Shown here: positions 63,225-64,000 of the stretch, one piece after another
Numbering within the stretch: the first letter of the stretch is position 1
Layout of the letters: the number at the start of each line of letters is the position of its first letter
Assembly (NCBI GenBank): GCA_053919585.1
Contig: CM132804.1
Strand: one strand, 5' to 3'
Length of the DNA stretch: 64,000 nucleotides
From: Euprymna scolopes
Taxonomy: Eukaryota
Translations under genes and position numbers: made by a program
Notes under the pieces: generated by a model
The model's input: the letters and a program-made list of their open reading frames with translations, nothing else
Databases searched by the model: none
Told to the model about the DNA's origin: nothing

Positions 63225-63575
63225 CCTAAGTAATTTATTGTTATCCCTGTGAGTTAAATAAAGAGTTCCGTTTGAAATTCCGTGCAGATTCGCGAGCTCA
63301 ATAGAAATATTTTCGAATTCTACAAGGTACCGGTAAAGAAGGTCAGAGGTTATATTTGACTGAAACATTGTGTGAATAACACTCAAGATGAGAACAATAG
63401 TCCGAATCATTCAAATAATATGAATCATAAATCCTCATCTCAAAAATTCAGAAAAAACAACATAAAGTGCTATTCTAAACTTACGCGTGTGAGAAGATTA
63501 GGAAAATGCCATCGAGAAAGTAACTGAAGAAATTAACTGCTATTTCAAACTTAAGCTCAACAAACGGAAATACTA

Positions 63576-63662
63576 TTATGTTGGTGCAAAAATAATGTCG
63601 TTTTTGACGTGTGTATATATAAATATCTTATTAAAAATGACATTATTTTTGCACCAATCTAA
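63576..63662. mobile_element. MADE1-like mariner MITE (87 bp)
   Basis: TA|ttatgttggtgcaaaaataatgtc ... gacattatttttgcaccaatctaa|TA. TIRs resemble the Hsmar1-type TTAGGTTGGTGCAAAA. Confidence 0.8.
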
Positions 63663-64000
63663 TATTTCAGATTTGACAGACAGATCAACAAAAATACTAC
63701 CACAAACTTAAGCACAAAAGGTACGCGAAACCACAAGGCTTAATTTAACAATAACAGACCAGCGCAAGTACATTTTTCTTAAGTTTAAGCTTGACCGTCC
63801 GACAGGAAAGTTGTTTTGCAAGCAAAACGGTTACACATTTATTATCAAAACTTTCTATTTGGACTGATCTTTTAAAGATATGAAAAAAAAAGTTTAAAGT
63901 TAATGCATAGGGTGAGTTATCAATATATAGTACTGTTTCCTTGTATCACAACTCATCAGTGTGACTAGACAATCACCTTTCCCCAGCCGTGGATTGACCC

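Noticed and set aside
1-64000. Host protein-coding exons
   Set aside because: Every interpretable ORF is TE-derived or low complexity. Small exons within this repeat-rich DNA cannot be excluded without transcript data.

Overview
AT-rich eukaryotic (animal, probably arthropod, judging by the tRNA-His and 5S-derived sequences) genomic DNA with five N gaps. No intact host gene was recognised. The window is almost entirely nested, decayed mobile elements: two CR1-group LINE families, RTE LINEs, Naiad-type Penelope-like elements with hammerhead ribozyme motifs, Tc1/mariner relics (one with clear DD41D spacing), a THAP-bearing P/Galileo-like element, many non-autonomous Helitrons, 5S-derived SINEs, MITEs and satellites. 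Two things stand out. (1) A multi-copy retroposed SINE-like family whose head is the U2 snRNA 5' end, with stem I perfected and the branch-point-recognition sequence folded into a new hairpin. (2) A 2.57-kb Helentron/Helitron2-like element nested in a Helitron, carrying a tRNA-His copy, a repeat-protein ORF relic and a fold-back 3' end. All calls come from reading the sequence by eye and comparing with remembered consensus sequences; no search was run. Boundaries of decayed elements are approximate unless a terminus or target-site duplication (TSD) is quoted.
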